A model generated the notes under the pieces. The model searched no databases and was not told the DNA's origin. It worked only from the letters and a program-made list of their open reading frames with translations. Shown piece by piece: positions 10,637 through 23,229 of a stretch of DNA of 59,502 nt (position 1 is the first letter of the stretch; every line of letters begins with the position of its first letter). A program made the position numbers and the translations under genes. The stretch is taken from positions 3,065,382 to 3,124,883 of the forward strand of contig NC_057759.1 in NCBI RefSeq assembly GCF_004010195.1, in the 5' to 3' direction. The stretch is from Chiloscyllium plagiosum. Taxonomy: Eukaryota.

Positions 10637-13600
10637 TCTTTTTATAGGTATTTTTATTGAAAAATGAAAATTTTTAAAAATGCTTTTACACAATTACAAA
10701 AGTCATACATATAAGTATAAACACCAATATTAAAAATAAATAAGAAAAAAGAAAATAAATAAATTAGATTAGATTACTTACAGTGTGGAAACAGGCCCTT
10801 CGGCCCAACAAGTCCACACCGACCCGCCAAAGTCTCTGACGCTGCGAGGCAGCAGTGCTAACCACTGTACCACCGTGCCACCCACCAATAAATAATAACT
10901 GAAACAAAAAAAGAGAAAAACCCAACTAACTACTGATCTATTCTACAAACAACCAAAACATAAAATAGGATATCATACATTACTAGCAATAAACAACAGA
11001 AAAATTAAATAACTAAGTACACGCTCAAAACAGATTTACATTAAGTCATAATAAAACCTGTATATATACAGGATTCCTCCTCCCGGGGTTCCCCGGACCA
11101 GCCAGAACCATTACCACAGCCAGTCAAAAGCCCTGGACAAAACAGCTGAAATATCTGTGTCGATATAGTTCAAAAAGGGCTGCCATATTTTATAGAATAA
11201 TTCAGTTTTTTGGTGCCCCATATTTGTGAGGAAGTCAAGGGGGATATATTCCATGATTAACCAGTGCCAGTTCGAAAGTCCTGGAGGGTGTTCAGCTGCC
11301 CAATTCACTAAAATACTTTTCCGTGCACAAAAGGAGAGAATGGAAAGTAGTTTCCTCCCGTGCACGTCCAGGGAGGGAAAATTTGAAAAGCCCAAGTGTA
11401 GAGACACTGGATCCAATCTAATCTCCGTACCCAAGATCTCTGTCAAGGCATTTGCTATTCCGTCCTAATACCTGCGGATCTTATGGCATGCCCATAGACA
11501 ATGCGTGAGAGTGCCAACTTCTATTTTGCATTTAGGACATATTGGAGATGCTCCTACCTTAAATTTTGCGTGTCGTTCAGATGCTATATGAGCCCTGAGG
11601 AATATCTTTAATTGAATACCTTAAGTTCTATTACAAATAGAGATCTTTCTGGCATTTTCCCAAATGTCCTACCACATTTCTGAAGAGATTTCTAACCCCA
11701 ATTCTTGGTTCCATGTTTCAAGTAAGCGTTCCATGTCTTTTGATACCTCATTGTATAATGAGTGATAAAGAGTACTGATCGAATAAGGCCCCATCGGCCA
11801 TAGCACGCTTCTCTCCCTATACGATTTTAGGGATTGCCTATCAGTGTGGTCTTCTGTATATAGTCTCGTATTTGGAAATACCGAAAAAGGTCCCTGTTAG
11901 GCAGTCCCAGTTTCCGGTGAAACTGCTCAAAAGACATCATAACCTCCCCAACGAACAGGTCCCCCAAGCAAGAGATAACTCTCGACCTCCAAGTTTTAAA
12001 TGTAGCATCCGTCAGCCCTGGCTGAAATCCCAATGCTCCCACTATAGGCATATAAGGGGATTTTTTTTGCAGGTTACCCTCACCTTGTCACTTTATCCTC
12101 CAGGCTTCACTTGTATTTAATACAATAGGGTTTTTGCAATAGTTCATAATAGATCTCATCTTATCCATAAGTAAAAGATTGATGAGGGGACACTTGGGAG
12201 GTCTCAATATCTAACCAAATTGATTGTGGGTCACAAGAGACCCAATCAGCTACATAAGATAGTAGAGAGCTCAACTGATACCTCCTAAAGTTTGGAAAGT
12301 CCAATCCTCCCCTTGCCTGTGGAAGCTGCAACTTTTCTAATTTGATAAGGGGCTGTCAATGATTCCAGATAAAGTAACCAAGCCAGCCATGGAGCTTACG
12401 CAACGCCAGTCTCAGCAACATCAGAGGGAGCATTCTCATAGGATAGAGAAGACAAGATAGAATATTCATTTTAACTAGAGGTACTCTGCCTAACCAGGAT
12501 ATTGGGAGACCTCCCCGGTGTTGAAGGTCCTGACTTATATCCTCTAATAGGTGTACAAAATTGGCTTTAGACAGCTGACCAAATACTGGGGTGAAAAAAA
12601 TACCTAAGTATAGAAAACCGTCCAGTGACCACTGAAAGGGAAAGCAAGGTCCATCCAGTAAGTTAGAAAAACTGGTGATACCACCCAACAGCATGCCCTC
12701 CGATTTCATAAAATTGATTTTATAGCCTGAGAACATACTAAATAGATTGACCACTTGAATTAGGTGGGGCACGGATATCAAAGGATCACTTAAGAAAAGG
12801 AGTACATCATCTGCATAGAGAGTAATTTTATGCTTATCTGAACCAACCCTCAGAGCCGTTATGTAAGGGTCAGTTTGCATAGCTTCCGCTAGTGGTTCGA
12901 TTACAAGCGTAAGTAATAATGGTGAGAGAGGACATCCCTGACGACAGCCCCTAGCAACACTGAAGTAATCCGAACCTAAACCATTGGTGATCATAGCTGT
13001 TTTGGGGTCTTTGTACAGTACTGAGAACCATTTAGAAAATACCTCTCCGACTCCGAACCTGTCCAGCGTATAAAAAAAAAGATATGGCCATTCTATCCGA
13101 TCAAATGTCTTCTCTGCATTCAAGGAGACAGGTAATCCCGGTATTTTTCCCTGTTGACAGGCTTGTATCATGTTTAAGACCCTTCTAATATTATTAGTTG
13201 ATCTGCGGCCCTTAATAAACCCCTTTTGGTCCTCTTTTATGATGTATGGTAAGATCCTCTCCAACCTTAATGCTAACATTTTAGATAGAATTTTAAAATC
13301 TACATTTAGCAAGGATATTGATCTGTATGATGAGCAATCTTCTGGGACCTCCTTTTTTAAGAATGACAGAGATATTTGCTTCTCTTAATGAAGGTGGGAG
13401 GAAGCCCTGTCTTTGTGAGTAATTATACATATTTATGAGTGGCCCAGCCAGTTCCCCTATAAATTCTTCATAAAAACTCAACCTCAAATCCGTCTGGTCC
13501 AGGTGCTTTGCCACTCTGAAACTGTCTAATTGTGTCGAGTACTTCCTGGGTTGTCAGGGGGGGGCGCATTCAAGATCGACACCTGCCCTGAGGTTAAGCC

Positions 13601-14815
13601 CAGAAAGGCAAAGTTTTTAAAGAAGGACTCCATCTTCTCAGTTCTATCGTCACAGTCCTGCGATTTATACAGTACAAAATAGAACTTTCTAAAGGCTGCA
13701 TTGATCTTTTTACGATCACAAGTCAAAGTATCAGCACTTTCTCTAATGGATGTAATAGCTTGAGCAGCCTTTTTTTCCTAGCAAGGTATGCTAGGTATCT
13801 GCCAGGCTTGCCACCATAATCATATAATCTCTGCTTTGCGAATAATATTTCCCTCTTTGCTGTTGGGTAAGTGCAGTATTCGAGGCTGCCCTAAGGGCTG
13901 TGATCCTTTGTATCTTAGTAATAGAGGGCCTATCAACGTACGCTGTCTGAACTGCCTTCAAGCGAGCCTCGAGCAGGTGCTGTCATTCTCCCTTTTTTCT
14001 TTTCTCGGTCACAGAATATGAGATGACCAAACTTCGTGCATAAGCCTTAATGGTCTCCCACATCACTGACGGGTTACTGGCCGTACCTGAATTAATTTCC
14101 ACAAAGGTTTTGAATTCCTGAGAAAAATATTTTATAAATTTGCTATCCTTCAATAAGAAAGAATCCATACGCCAATGTCGGGGGCCTATCCCATCATCCT
14201 TAGTCTTGACTTTCATATATACTGTGGCATGATCAGAAATAGCTATATGACCTATTTTACAAGACAATATGGTATTCAACAGGGTGGAAGCAAAGAACAT
14301 ATCAATTCTGGTATGGCACTTGTGTGGGTTAGAGTAGAAGGTAAAGTCTCTACCCTGGGGGTGAAGGCACCTCCACACATCTACTAGCCCTAGTTCCTTA
14401 TTCAGATTCACCAGTTGTCTAGATCTCAGAGATATACCCATAATGTTCTTACATATCCTATCTCTCTGTGGGTCCATAATACAGTTAATATCTCCTCCTA
14501 TAATTATATGGCAACCCCCAAAAGCCATCAACTTAGAGAACGCTTCTCTAAAGGGTGTGCTGGTGGGGCAATAAAGATTCAAAATTCCATATTCCTCTCC
14601 ATATATTAGGGATTTGATCAGTATATACCATCCAGACTCATCTTTTACCTTGCTTAACATTTGGAAAGTAAGATTCTTCCAAATGAGAATGACTACTCCC
14701 CTACTTTTTGAACTGAAAGATGAGAAAAGAACCTGATCAAATCCACCCTGTAGCTAAGCACTCTTTGTCTAGTAGATGTGCCTCATATAAAAGAGCTATG
14801 TCAACACTTTCTTTT
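10637..14815 (-). mobile_element. L1-clade LINE, 5'-truncated decayed ORF2 plus 3' UTR
   Basis: EN motifs 'IIIGGDINCIMDP', 'HTRIDMFF', 'ISDHATV'; RT motifs 'LNVDFKILSKMLALRL', 'RGCRQGCPLSPLL', 'LYADDVLLFL'; C-terminal 'FYKIWQPFL'; T-rich tail on + near 10637. Confidence 0.92.
10763..10886 (-). mobile_element. Internally deleted HE1-like SINE inserted in the L1 3' UTR
   Basis: The tRNA-like head (GGTGGCACGGTGGTACAGTGGTTAGCACTGCTGCC) is fused directly to the tail (GGCCTGTTTCCACACTGTAAGTAATCTAATCTAA); AATAAATAA lies on both sides. Confidence 0.8.
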
Positions 14816-14822
14816 TTTATTC

Positions 14823-15285
14823 GGAGATGCCGGTGTTGGACTGGGGTGTACAAAGTTAAAAAATCACAACACCAGGTTATAGTCCAACAGGTTTAATTGG
14901 AAGCACACTAGCTTTCGAAGCGACGCTCCTTCATCAGGTGATTGTGGAGGGCTCAATCGTAACACAGAATTTATAGTAAAAATTTGCAGTGTGATGTAAC
15001 TGAAATTATACATTGAATAATTGATTGTCTGTTAAGCCTTTCATCTGTTAAAATACAGTGATAGTTTCACTTCTTTCATGTGTAAATCACAAAACCCTTT
15101 TTTTTAAAAGTTGAATTCTCGGGTTAGCAGTTAACAATGGTGATAGCAAGACAATATGTTGAAGGTGTTAGCCCCCTGTGTTCTCTGTCTATGACCTGAT
15201 GTTTAGATTGATTTCAATCTAAAAAGTGAGATAACAGAGTTTTACATAAATTCATGCAGTTTTTGAGCTCAGAGTTCTACATGAA
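14823..15285 (-). mobile_element. Penelope pLTR / terminal region (second family)
   Basis: 'aacaccaggttatagtccaacaggttt..ggaagcac' is shared with 24525-25560, which also carries GIY-YIG remnants; contains a hammerhead core. Confidence 0.75.
14906..14940 (-). ncRNA. Minimal hammerhead ribozyme motif
   Basis: Minus strand CAC-CTGATGA-AGGAGCGTCGCTTC-GAAA-GC-TA-GTG: intact CUGAUGA and GAAA, stem I CAC/GTG, UA cleavage site. Confidence 0.75.
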
Positions 15286-15557
15286 TTTAGATTAGATTAC
15301 ATTACAGTGTGGAAACAGGCCCTTTGGCCCAACAAGTCCACACCGACCCGCCGAAGCGTAACCCACCCATACCCCTACATTTACCCCTTACCTAACAGTA
15401 CGGGTAATTTAGCATGGCTAATTCACCTGACCGACACATCTTTAGACTGTGGGAGGAAACCGGAGCAGCCGGAGGTAACCCACGCAGACACGGGGAGAAC
15501 GTGCAAACTCCACACAGTCAGTCGCCTGAGGCGGGATTAAGGCTGGGTCTCTGGCAC
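15286..15557 (-). mobile_element. HE1-like SINE lacking its extreme 5' end
   Basis: TAATC-repeat tail, 'ggaaacaggccctttggcccaacaagtccacaccgacc', core 'ggaggaaaccggagc...cacgcagacacggggagaacgtgcaaactccacacag'. Confidence 0.9.
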
Positions 15558-16778
15558 AAGATCTATGTGCGCGAGGGGGGGGGGGGGAACGGACGGACGG
15601 ACGGACGGAGACACACACACACAAATCAAAATAGAGTTGGAGGAGGAAATAATGAACTCCACTCCCTGCGGCGCCCACCTCTCCCTGAACAACTCCAGGG
15701 TGTTGGTGGACACCGCGTGCTCCTTCTCCAAGGACACACAAGCCCTAATGTAACCAGGAAGAGGGGCAGGCAGTCGGCCCTAACGACCCCCTCCACGGCC
15801 CGCAGTTTGGCCAGGCCCAGGAGCAGACCCACGAGGAGGTCTTCAGACCTGCCTTCCCTCCTCCGTACTGGGTGCCCAAAGATGAGGAGCGTGGGACTGA
15901 AGTGCAACCAAAAGCAGAGGAGGTTTTTGAGAAAATCAAAAAGGGAGTGCAAACGCCCACACCCAATATACACGTGGTCCACAGACTCCACAGCACCACA
16001 GAACAAGCAGTTGTGCTGGAAGTCCGTGAACCACTGCAATTTGCGGTTGCAGGGGATTGCTGCGTGCAGCACCCCCCACCCCAGATATCCGAGAGAAAGG
16101 GGGAGTACTCCCGCATAGAGAGCCCTCCACTGAGGATCCCCACCGCGCGGTGGCAAATGGGCACGCCAAGGCATGTCTGGACGGTGGATGAGGGAGAAGA
16201 GGTGGACGGTGTGCAGCAGCAGTCTATATAGGGCCAGCCCTTTTACCCCCTGGAAGGGAACAAAATTAAAATTCCGGAGGTGGCTCAGGTTGTGGGGCAC
16301 AGGCTCCCGCGGGAAGTACGGGACCTTGGAGCCGATGTGAAATTCTGTGCGGGCTGGGGTGAGCGTGGACGGGATCCCACCGCACACCTGAGCGTCCTCC
16401 AATGGTGCACTACGTCGGGTCCGAGCACCGCCGTTAAGGTGTCGGATGGCGGTGGCCACATACCGGACGGCTACCGCTGCCCTGCTTGCTATGTCCTGCG
16501 GCAGCACCCAGCACGTCCCCGACCCTGGTCACCCTCGCCGCCACGGCCTTCTCCTCTGACAGCCACTCAAACCCGCGAGTACGAAGGTGTGGATTCCTGA
16601 GCAATGGCTCCCTGACGACAGCCGCTAATCCTGACGGAGGGTAGGCGCGGCGCGATTCGATCATGTTCCAGACAGTGATCAGGTCCTGGTAAAAGACAGG
16701 CAGCGTCTTGAGGGCAACCTCCAAACCGTCACGGTCGACGAACAGGAGCTGCGTGTCGTAGTTGAGGTTACACACCGG

Positions 16779-17984
16779 TGTTTTAAAAAATTCTCAAGGT
16801 CAGGTTCGTAGGAGAGTAGTCTGACACAGAACAAACGACCAAGAGGCGAGTCTGCTAGAATATGGGCATTTTATCCCCCGCANNNNNNNNNNNNNNNNNN
16901 NNNNNNNNNNNNNNNNNNNNNNNNNNNNNNNNNNNNNNNNNNNNCTGAACTGGAGACTTTTCCAGCTGATATACTCTTTTCCAGATATAAACATTCATGT
17001 GAACAGCAGAGCAAGGCTAAAAAACACATTCCATTCTGGTTACATACAGATAAGAAGATTCACACGGGGAGGTGTGTAATAAGATTCGCACGGGACTAAG
17101 CAACACCTCCATTCCGGTTAGATTCACACATGTATTGGGACATAATTTTTAACCGTTTCACCACATGCCACTGCTTGGCCCAATACATGTGTTACATTAT
17201 GATTCACACATGTATTGGGACATAATTTTACACCACATTCCACTGCTTGGCCCAATACATGTGTTACATTATGCTTAATTCAGTTCAATTCGTTTCAGTT
17301 AATTTCAGTTCAGTCAATTCAGTATAGTTCAATTCAGCTCAGTTCAGGTCTGTTCAGTTCAATTCAATTGTGTTCAATTCAGTTCCGTCCATTTCAATTC
17401 AATTCTGTTAACTCCGCTTCAGCTTTTTGGACATGCCCACATCCTCCGCTGTACCCCAGGCAAGGGGTTCTCCGGCAGGACTGGGATCCTCTCANNNNNN
17501 NNNNNNNNNNNNNNNNNNNNNNNNNNNNNNNNNNNNNNNNNNNNNNNNNNNNNNNNNNNNNNNNNNNNNNNNNNNNNNNNNNNNNNNNNNNNNNNNNNNN
17601 NNNNNNNNNNNNNNNNNNNNNNNNNNNNNNNNNNNNNNNNNNNNNNNNNNNNNNNNNNNNNNNNNNNNNNNNNNNNNNNNNNNNNNNNNNNNNNNNNNNN
17701 NNNNNNNNNNNNNNNNNNNNNNNNNNNNNNNNNNNNNNNNNNNNNNNNNNNNNNNNNNNNNNNNNNNNNNNNNNNNNNNNNNNNNNNNNNNNNNNNNNNN
17801 NNNNNNNNNNNNNNNNNNNNNNNNNNNNNNNNNNNNNNNNNNNNNNNNNNNNNNNNNNNNNNNNNNNNNNNNNNNNNNNNNNNNNNNNNNNNNNTTTCAC
17901 CACATTCCATTGCTTGGCCCAACACCTCCATTCCGGTTAGATTCACACATGTATTGGGACATAATTTTTAACCGTTTCACCACA
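16779..17984 (-). mobile_element. LTR-type insertion (TG...CA, 5-bp TSD ACCGG) within Tx1 ORF2
   Basis: ACCGG at 16774-16778 and 17985-17989; the insert starts TG and ends CA; removing it rejoins ORF2 'TYFF..VCNLNYDTQLLF'. Confidence 0.82.
17277..17405. repeat. (TTCAG/TTCAA)n pentamer microsatellite
   Basis: Directly visible. Confidence 0.9.
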
Positions 17985-20900
17985 ACCGGGCAGAAAAAAA
18001 TACGTCGCAAGGGCGCACCACCTAGAAGGAAGTTCGACGTAAAGGTATCGCTGCAAGGTCTGAAGGCGGAACGTTGCAACCTTGGTGCGGACGCACACCA
18101 ACGACTGACCTCCCTCCTCAGTAGGGAGACTCAGAACCTGCGCAGCGACCCAGTGCATCTTTTTGTCCCACAAGACGTCGACCAACGTTCGCTGGATGTC
18201 AGCGACAAAGCCAGGAGGAGGGACCAAAGTGACCAGCCGGTACCACAGCATGGCGTCCACCAGCTGGTTTATGACCAGCACTCGACTCCTGTAAGATAGC
18301 ACTCCGAGCAGTCCTGTCCAGCGACCTAGGCGAGCTGAGACTTTGATCTCCAGCTCCTGCCAGTTGGCCGGCCAGGATTCCTCAGCCGGGCTGAGGTAGA
18401 CCCCCAGGTAGAGCAGATGGGTGGTACTCCAGCTGAACCCCCGTAACTCCTCTGGTAGAGAGTCCACCTGCTACGGACCGACTAGTAGTCCAGAACATTT
18501 GGCCCACTTGATCCTGGTGGAAGATGCTGTCGAGTACATGGCCTGGCACTCGTGCATCCTCCCCAGGTCAGCTGGGTTGGTGAAAGTGAGGAGCACTTTG
18601 TCGGCGTAGGCAGAGAGGACCAGCCCCGTGCCCACGCCGCGCAGAACCAGCCCCGACAACCTCCTCCGCAAGAGGCGCAGGATAGGCTCCAGGCACAGGG
18701 AAGACAGCTGGCAGCCTTGACGCACTCCTCTCCCGAAGCGAAGCGGCGCCGTCAGGGACCCGTTAACTTTAACCAGACACTCTGCGGCGGCATACAAAAG
18801 TCAGATCCGGGCAATGAACTGCGTCCCAAACCCGAATGCCCGCAGAGTCCTGAGCAGGTACTCGTGATCAACTCAGTCAAACGCCTTCTCCTGGTCGAGA
18901 AGGAAGGTGCTCGGCAGACCAGCCGGTCGACAGAAATGGATCAGGTCCCGGATCAGGTGGATGTTGTCGTGTATCCTCCGGCCTGGGACCGTGTAGGACT
19001 GGTCCGGGTGGATCATGTGGGCCAGCACGGAGGCCAGGCGAGAAGACAACACCCTGGCGAAGATTTTGTAGTCTGTTCTGAGGGGGGAGAATGGATGCCA
19101 GTTGTTCAAAGAACGAAGGCCCTCCTTCTTTGGCAGCAGCATGATGACCGCCCTGCGCCAAGAAAGGGGCAGCTCTCCGGCATTTAGACACCCCGAAGAC
19201 CTGTGCGTAGTCGCTCCCCAGGACAACCCAGAACTCCCTGAAGAACTCCACAGTCAGTCCATCCAGTCCCAGGGATTTGCCCGAGAGCCGGTCGAGGGCG
19301 CCGGCCAACTCCTCTAAAGTGACGGGAGCGTCGAGCCTTCCGGCGTCCTCCGGGCCGAGCTGCGGCAGGTCCTCCCACAGAACTCTGCGAGCATCCTCGC
19401 TGGACGGATCCGGAGAGAACAGAGCCGTGTAATAGTTTTGGACGTGGGCCCTAATGCCCTCTGGATCCGAGACGAGGGACCCGTCGTCGGCCAGCAGCAC
19501 AAGGAGCTGCTGATGGGTGCCACGCCTTTTTTCCAGTGAGTAGAAGGGGGAGCCACGGTCCAGGTCCTGGAGGAGCTGGATCTGCGACCTCACATATGCG
19601 CCCCGCGCCCCGAGCCGCTGCAGGTCCCGGAGCGCGGCCTTCTTCTCTTCATACGCCCCGCGCAGGGCCGGGTCCGCGTCGGACTGACCGAGGCGTGACT
19701 CCAGGTCGAACATCTCCCTCGCCAACTCCCCGATCCTGGATTTCCTGCTCTTCGTCGACCACCTCGCGTACTCCTGACAGAAGACGCGGACATGAGCCTT
19801 GCCCACGTCCCACCATAGCCTCAGGGAGGGGAAGCTTCCCTGCTTCCTTCTCCAGCCGGGCCAGAAACGACGAAACGATTCCCAGAACCGCTCGTCCTCC
19901 AGCAGCAGGTTGTTAAAGTGCCAGTACTCGGAGCCGAGCCTGGCGCCGAACGGAAGGAATTCTGACCAAATCAGGTGATGGTCCGTGCACGGCACCTGCC
20001 GCGTGGAGGCCTTCGGAAAACAGGAGCGTGCGCCCGCGAAACGTACAGGGGGTCGATTCTAGACGCTCCGACCCCAGGCCTCACTAATGTGAAGGCGATG
20101 GAGTCGGGATGGAGATTCCGCCAGACGTCCACCAGGTCGAAGGACTTGACCAAGTTCCCCCAACCTTCTCCCCGACGCGGGCACCGCCGTGGTCTCTGCC
20201 CTCGAGGACGCAGTTAAAATCTCCCCCAGAGGACGACGCACTGGCTCTCGTCGATGGAGGAGAGATGAGCAGACACTTCTTTAAAGAAGCTCGCTTGCCT
20301 AGGCCCGGCCAGGGGAGCGTAGACGTTCACCAAGTGAAGCACCGCGCCCCCCAGCTGAACCGTCAGGTGAAGCAAACGGCCTGGGACGGGCTCCCTGACC
20401 CCCTAGATCTCTGGCTGAAAATGCTGGGCAAACAAGATAGCCACCCCGCCAGATCTGCGGGTGAGGTGACTCATGTAGACCCCCCCCCCCCCCGCCACTC
20501 CAGGCGCCAGGTGGCTTTGTCTCCCGGGGTAGTGTGGGTTTCTTGCAGGAAGCACACCGCATACCTCCCGTGCCAAAGGACCGAGGGGGTCTGGAATCCG
20601 CGCTGTGACTCCCTGCTGCCCTTGATGTTGAGGATGGCTATAGTTGTCTCCATGTCGGAAGCGTTGTACAACCACCACCAGTACAGTTAAAAACCTATAT
20701 ACACATTTACAGGGAGGATGAGGGAGGGGCACAGAAGTCCCTCGCCCTCACCAGGAGTGCCCCAGGAAGTTCCTGACTCGCTTTTGCTCATTCACATCGA
20801 GCCCAGGCGCCTGGCGAGCAGCGTGGGCCGACCAGTAAACTCTTTCAAAGGAGCTCCAGCGGTCGAGCGTCAGTTGGGCGTTCTCAGTTTCCTCGACAAA

Positions 20901-22199
20901 TTCCCGGAGTTCCTCAAGGGGGATGTGGGGGGGAGATTGGTGGGGGGCACCTGGGCCTCGAAAATGTCACTGCAGACAGAGTCCGCAACGTCCCCAGTGT
21001 CCGCCAACTATCCCAAACCCTCCTCCGGGAGGTCGCCCTTGGTCACCGACCCCTCCCCCACCGAGAGGATGGGGGATGGTCCGGCACCGCCAACCGGCCT
21101 CAAACCCCCAGCGACCCCACCCCCAGGGTCACCCGCGGTACCTTCCACGGCGCACACCTTCCCGGAACGCCCCGAGTTTCGGTCTTCGGGCGGCAGAGGC
21201 TCGGGGCCTCGCTCCTCTCCCGACATCGGGGCGCCTGGCTCCTTGGGGAAAAGGTCCTCCCCCAGGTCGAAGGCCTCCGGAAAAACAGTCTGGGAGGGAG
21301 GAGTGAAGATAACACCTTCCTCCCCTCCACCGCTCAACGACCCAGGTGGTCTCCCCGTGGGCGGGCCTGACGCGTTGCGTCTTGAGCGCCTTCTGGCCGG
21401 CCGGACGCTCACCCCCGTCCCTGCCAGAGGCTGGAGCATTGAAAGCCTCTGGCTTAGCCTCCGGTGCCGGGGCTGGTGGTGTTGACTTCAGGGGAGGGGG
21501 AGTGGGTGCGGCGTCACCACCATCAGCCATTCGCTTGGGCTGGGTAGCCTTCTGGGTGGGGCAGTTTTTTCTTATGTGCCCCACCTCGTGGTACAGGTGG
21601 CACCGCACGCCTTCGCCGTCCAGAAGGTGCGGTAGGCCGCGCCCTCATGGAGGAGGGTGAAAGAGCCCTCGGAGACCTCCTCCTGGGCCAGGCAAATGAA
21701 CACCCGGTGTCGGAAGGAGTATATGTGTCGGAGGGTGGGGTCCTTAAGACCGAGCAGGAGCGGTTGGACACCCGACCGGATCTCCCCCAAGGTGATGAGG
21801 TGGAGGAGAAGGAGCTCATTTGAAATGAAGGGCGGGACGTTGGAGATCACGAACCTCTGGGCCGTAACCTCCAAAGGGTCGACGGGCAAATGTGTCCCGC
21901 CCAGTGAGCCCCCTCTCCACAGCCAGGTGGACCGCCTGCTTGGTCTTCAGGAAAAACACGGCCTTCCCGTACATCCGGGGCGCAGCGACGATCGCCAGTG
22001 GGCCAACCACACTAGCCATGGCCTTGCTGCAGGCCTCTGACATATTGGGGCGGGGATAGGCCTTGACCCCCAGGCGTTTGGTTAGGTGCCTGAAGGGGGT
22101 TGACGTTGCGGCCGGGGTTGGGACAGCCGAGCCTAAGGCAGCGGCTACCCTGGCGTAGGTGCGGCTGGGCCCTGTGACCTTCGGGCTCGCCATACTCTG

Positions 22200-22800
22200 C
22201 TGCTGGAAATTGGTAGGCCCCAGGCAGTAGCGGTGAAGGTGGGCCTCTGGCAGCAGCAGTGGTGGAGGTTTTTGGCAAGGGGCCCAATGCCAGTCACCCA
22301 AGGCAAGTCCCAGGCAGCGATCGTGGAGTCCGGCCTCAGGCAACAGCAGCGGTGGAGGCAGGCCTCGGGCGAGTCCCAGGTAGACCCTTGGTCGCAGTGG
22401 TGGGGGCAGACCTGTTGGGGAGGGTCCACAAGGTAAGTCCCAGGCAGCCCCAAAATTGAGTCCCAGGCAGCAGTAGTGGTGGAGGTTGTGGGGAGGGGTC
22501 CAAGGCGAGTCCCAGGCAGCGGTGGTGGAGGCAGGCTCAGGCAACAGCAGCAGTGGAAGCAAGCCTCTGGCAAGTTCTAGGCAGGCCCTTGGTCGCAGCG
22601 GTGGGGGCAGGCCTGTTGGGGAGGGTCCCCAAGGCGAGTCCCAGGCAGCAGTGGTGGAGGTCCTGGGAGGGGCCACAAGGCAAGTCCCAGGCAGCAACAG
22701 TGAGGCAGGCCCCAAGCAGCAATAGTTGAGGCAGGTACGGGCGGGGTCCCAGAGACCAGCAGTGGGAGTGGGCCCCAGGTCAGCAGCAACACTGCCTTGA
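22200..22800 (-). repeat. Tandem degenerate monomer array in the Tx1 5' UTR
   Basis: Recurring 'agtcccaggcagcagtggtggagg'; an about 96-bp block repeats at 22338-22433 and 22539-22634. Confidence 0.85.
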
Positions 22801-23004
22801 CCTGGGTGAGGCCCAGGCTGCAGTCCAAAAGTAGGCCCCAGACTCAAAAGGTCTCACCTTCTTTTGCTTCTGCCTCTCCTTCCTCCTTCCTTCCTTTCTT
22901 CAGCTCTCTGGATGTAGGGCAGCTAGTCCAGGGACAGTCCCCTTCAAGGAGGAGAGTCCTTGCACGTGCACACACAGTCACACTCGCACTGATCCAACTC
23001 TCAA

Positions 23005-23229
23005 TAGGGAAAACACCCTAAGTGGCCACTGACAAGCAGTGCCCTTCACATTAAAGGGCAATGCTGTGTGATCAAACAGTGAAGGGGAGGGCAGGGACTA
23101 AATCAAAATAGAGTTGGAGGGGGAAATAATGCACTCCACTCCCTGCGGCGCCCACCTCTCCCTGAACAACTTCAGGGTGTTGGTGGACACTGTGTGCTCC
23201 TTCTCCAAGGACACCCGGGCTCTAACGTA
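23005..23229 (-). mobile_element. Second copy of the Tx1 ORF2 3' end plus 3' UTR, directly upstream of the element's 5' end
   Basis: 23100-23229 aligns without gaps to 15623-15752; 23005-23099 resembles the 3' UTR of the diverged copy at about 46085-46200. Confidence 0.88.

Larger units (their letters stand above)
15623..23000 (-). mobile_element. Near-full-length Tx1-clade non-LTR retrotransposon (5' UTR repeats, ORF1, ORF2), inactivated by frameshifts and an LTR insertion
   Basis: ORF1 from the ATG at 22193 ('MASPKVTGPSRTYARVAA', 'YGKAVFFLK', 'VISNVPPFISNE', knuckle 'CHLYHEVGHIRKNC'). ORF2 from the ATG at 20653 ('IAILNIKG', 'FLQETH', 'TDHHL', 'WHFNNLLL', 'LDQEKAFD', 'GVRQGC', 'AYADKV', 'CLFCGAVESVDHVYIGC', 'FRERWAPQGV'). 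GC-rich. Confidence 0.92.

Noticed and set aside
15414..22725. Many plus-strand ORFs over the GC-rich region
   Set aside because: Antisense shadows of the Tx1 element.
22200..22800. Repeat-spacer appearance suggestive of CRISPR
   Set aside because: Repeats are degenerate, the spacers are themselves repeated, there are no cas genes, and the context is a eukaryotic LINE 5' UTR.
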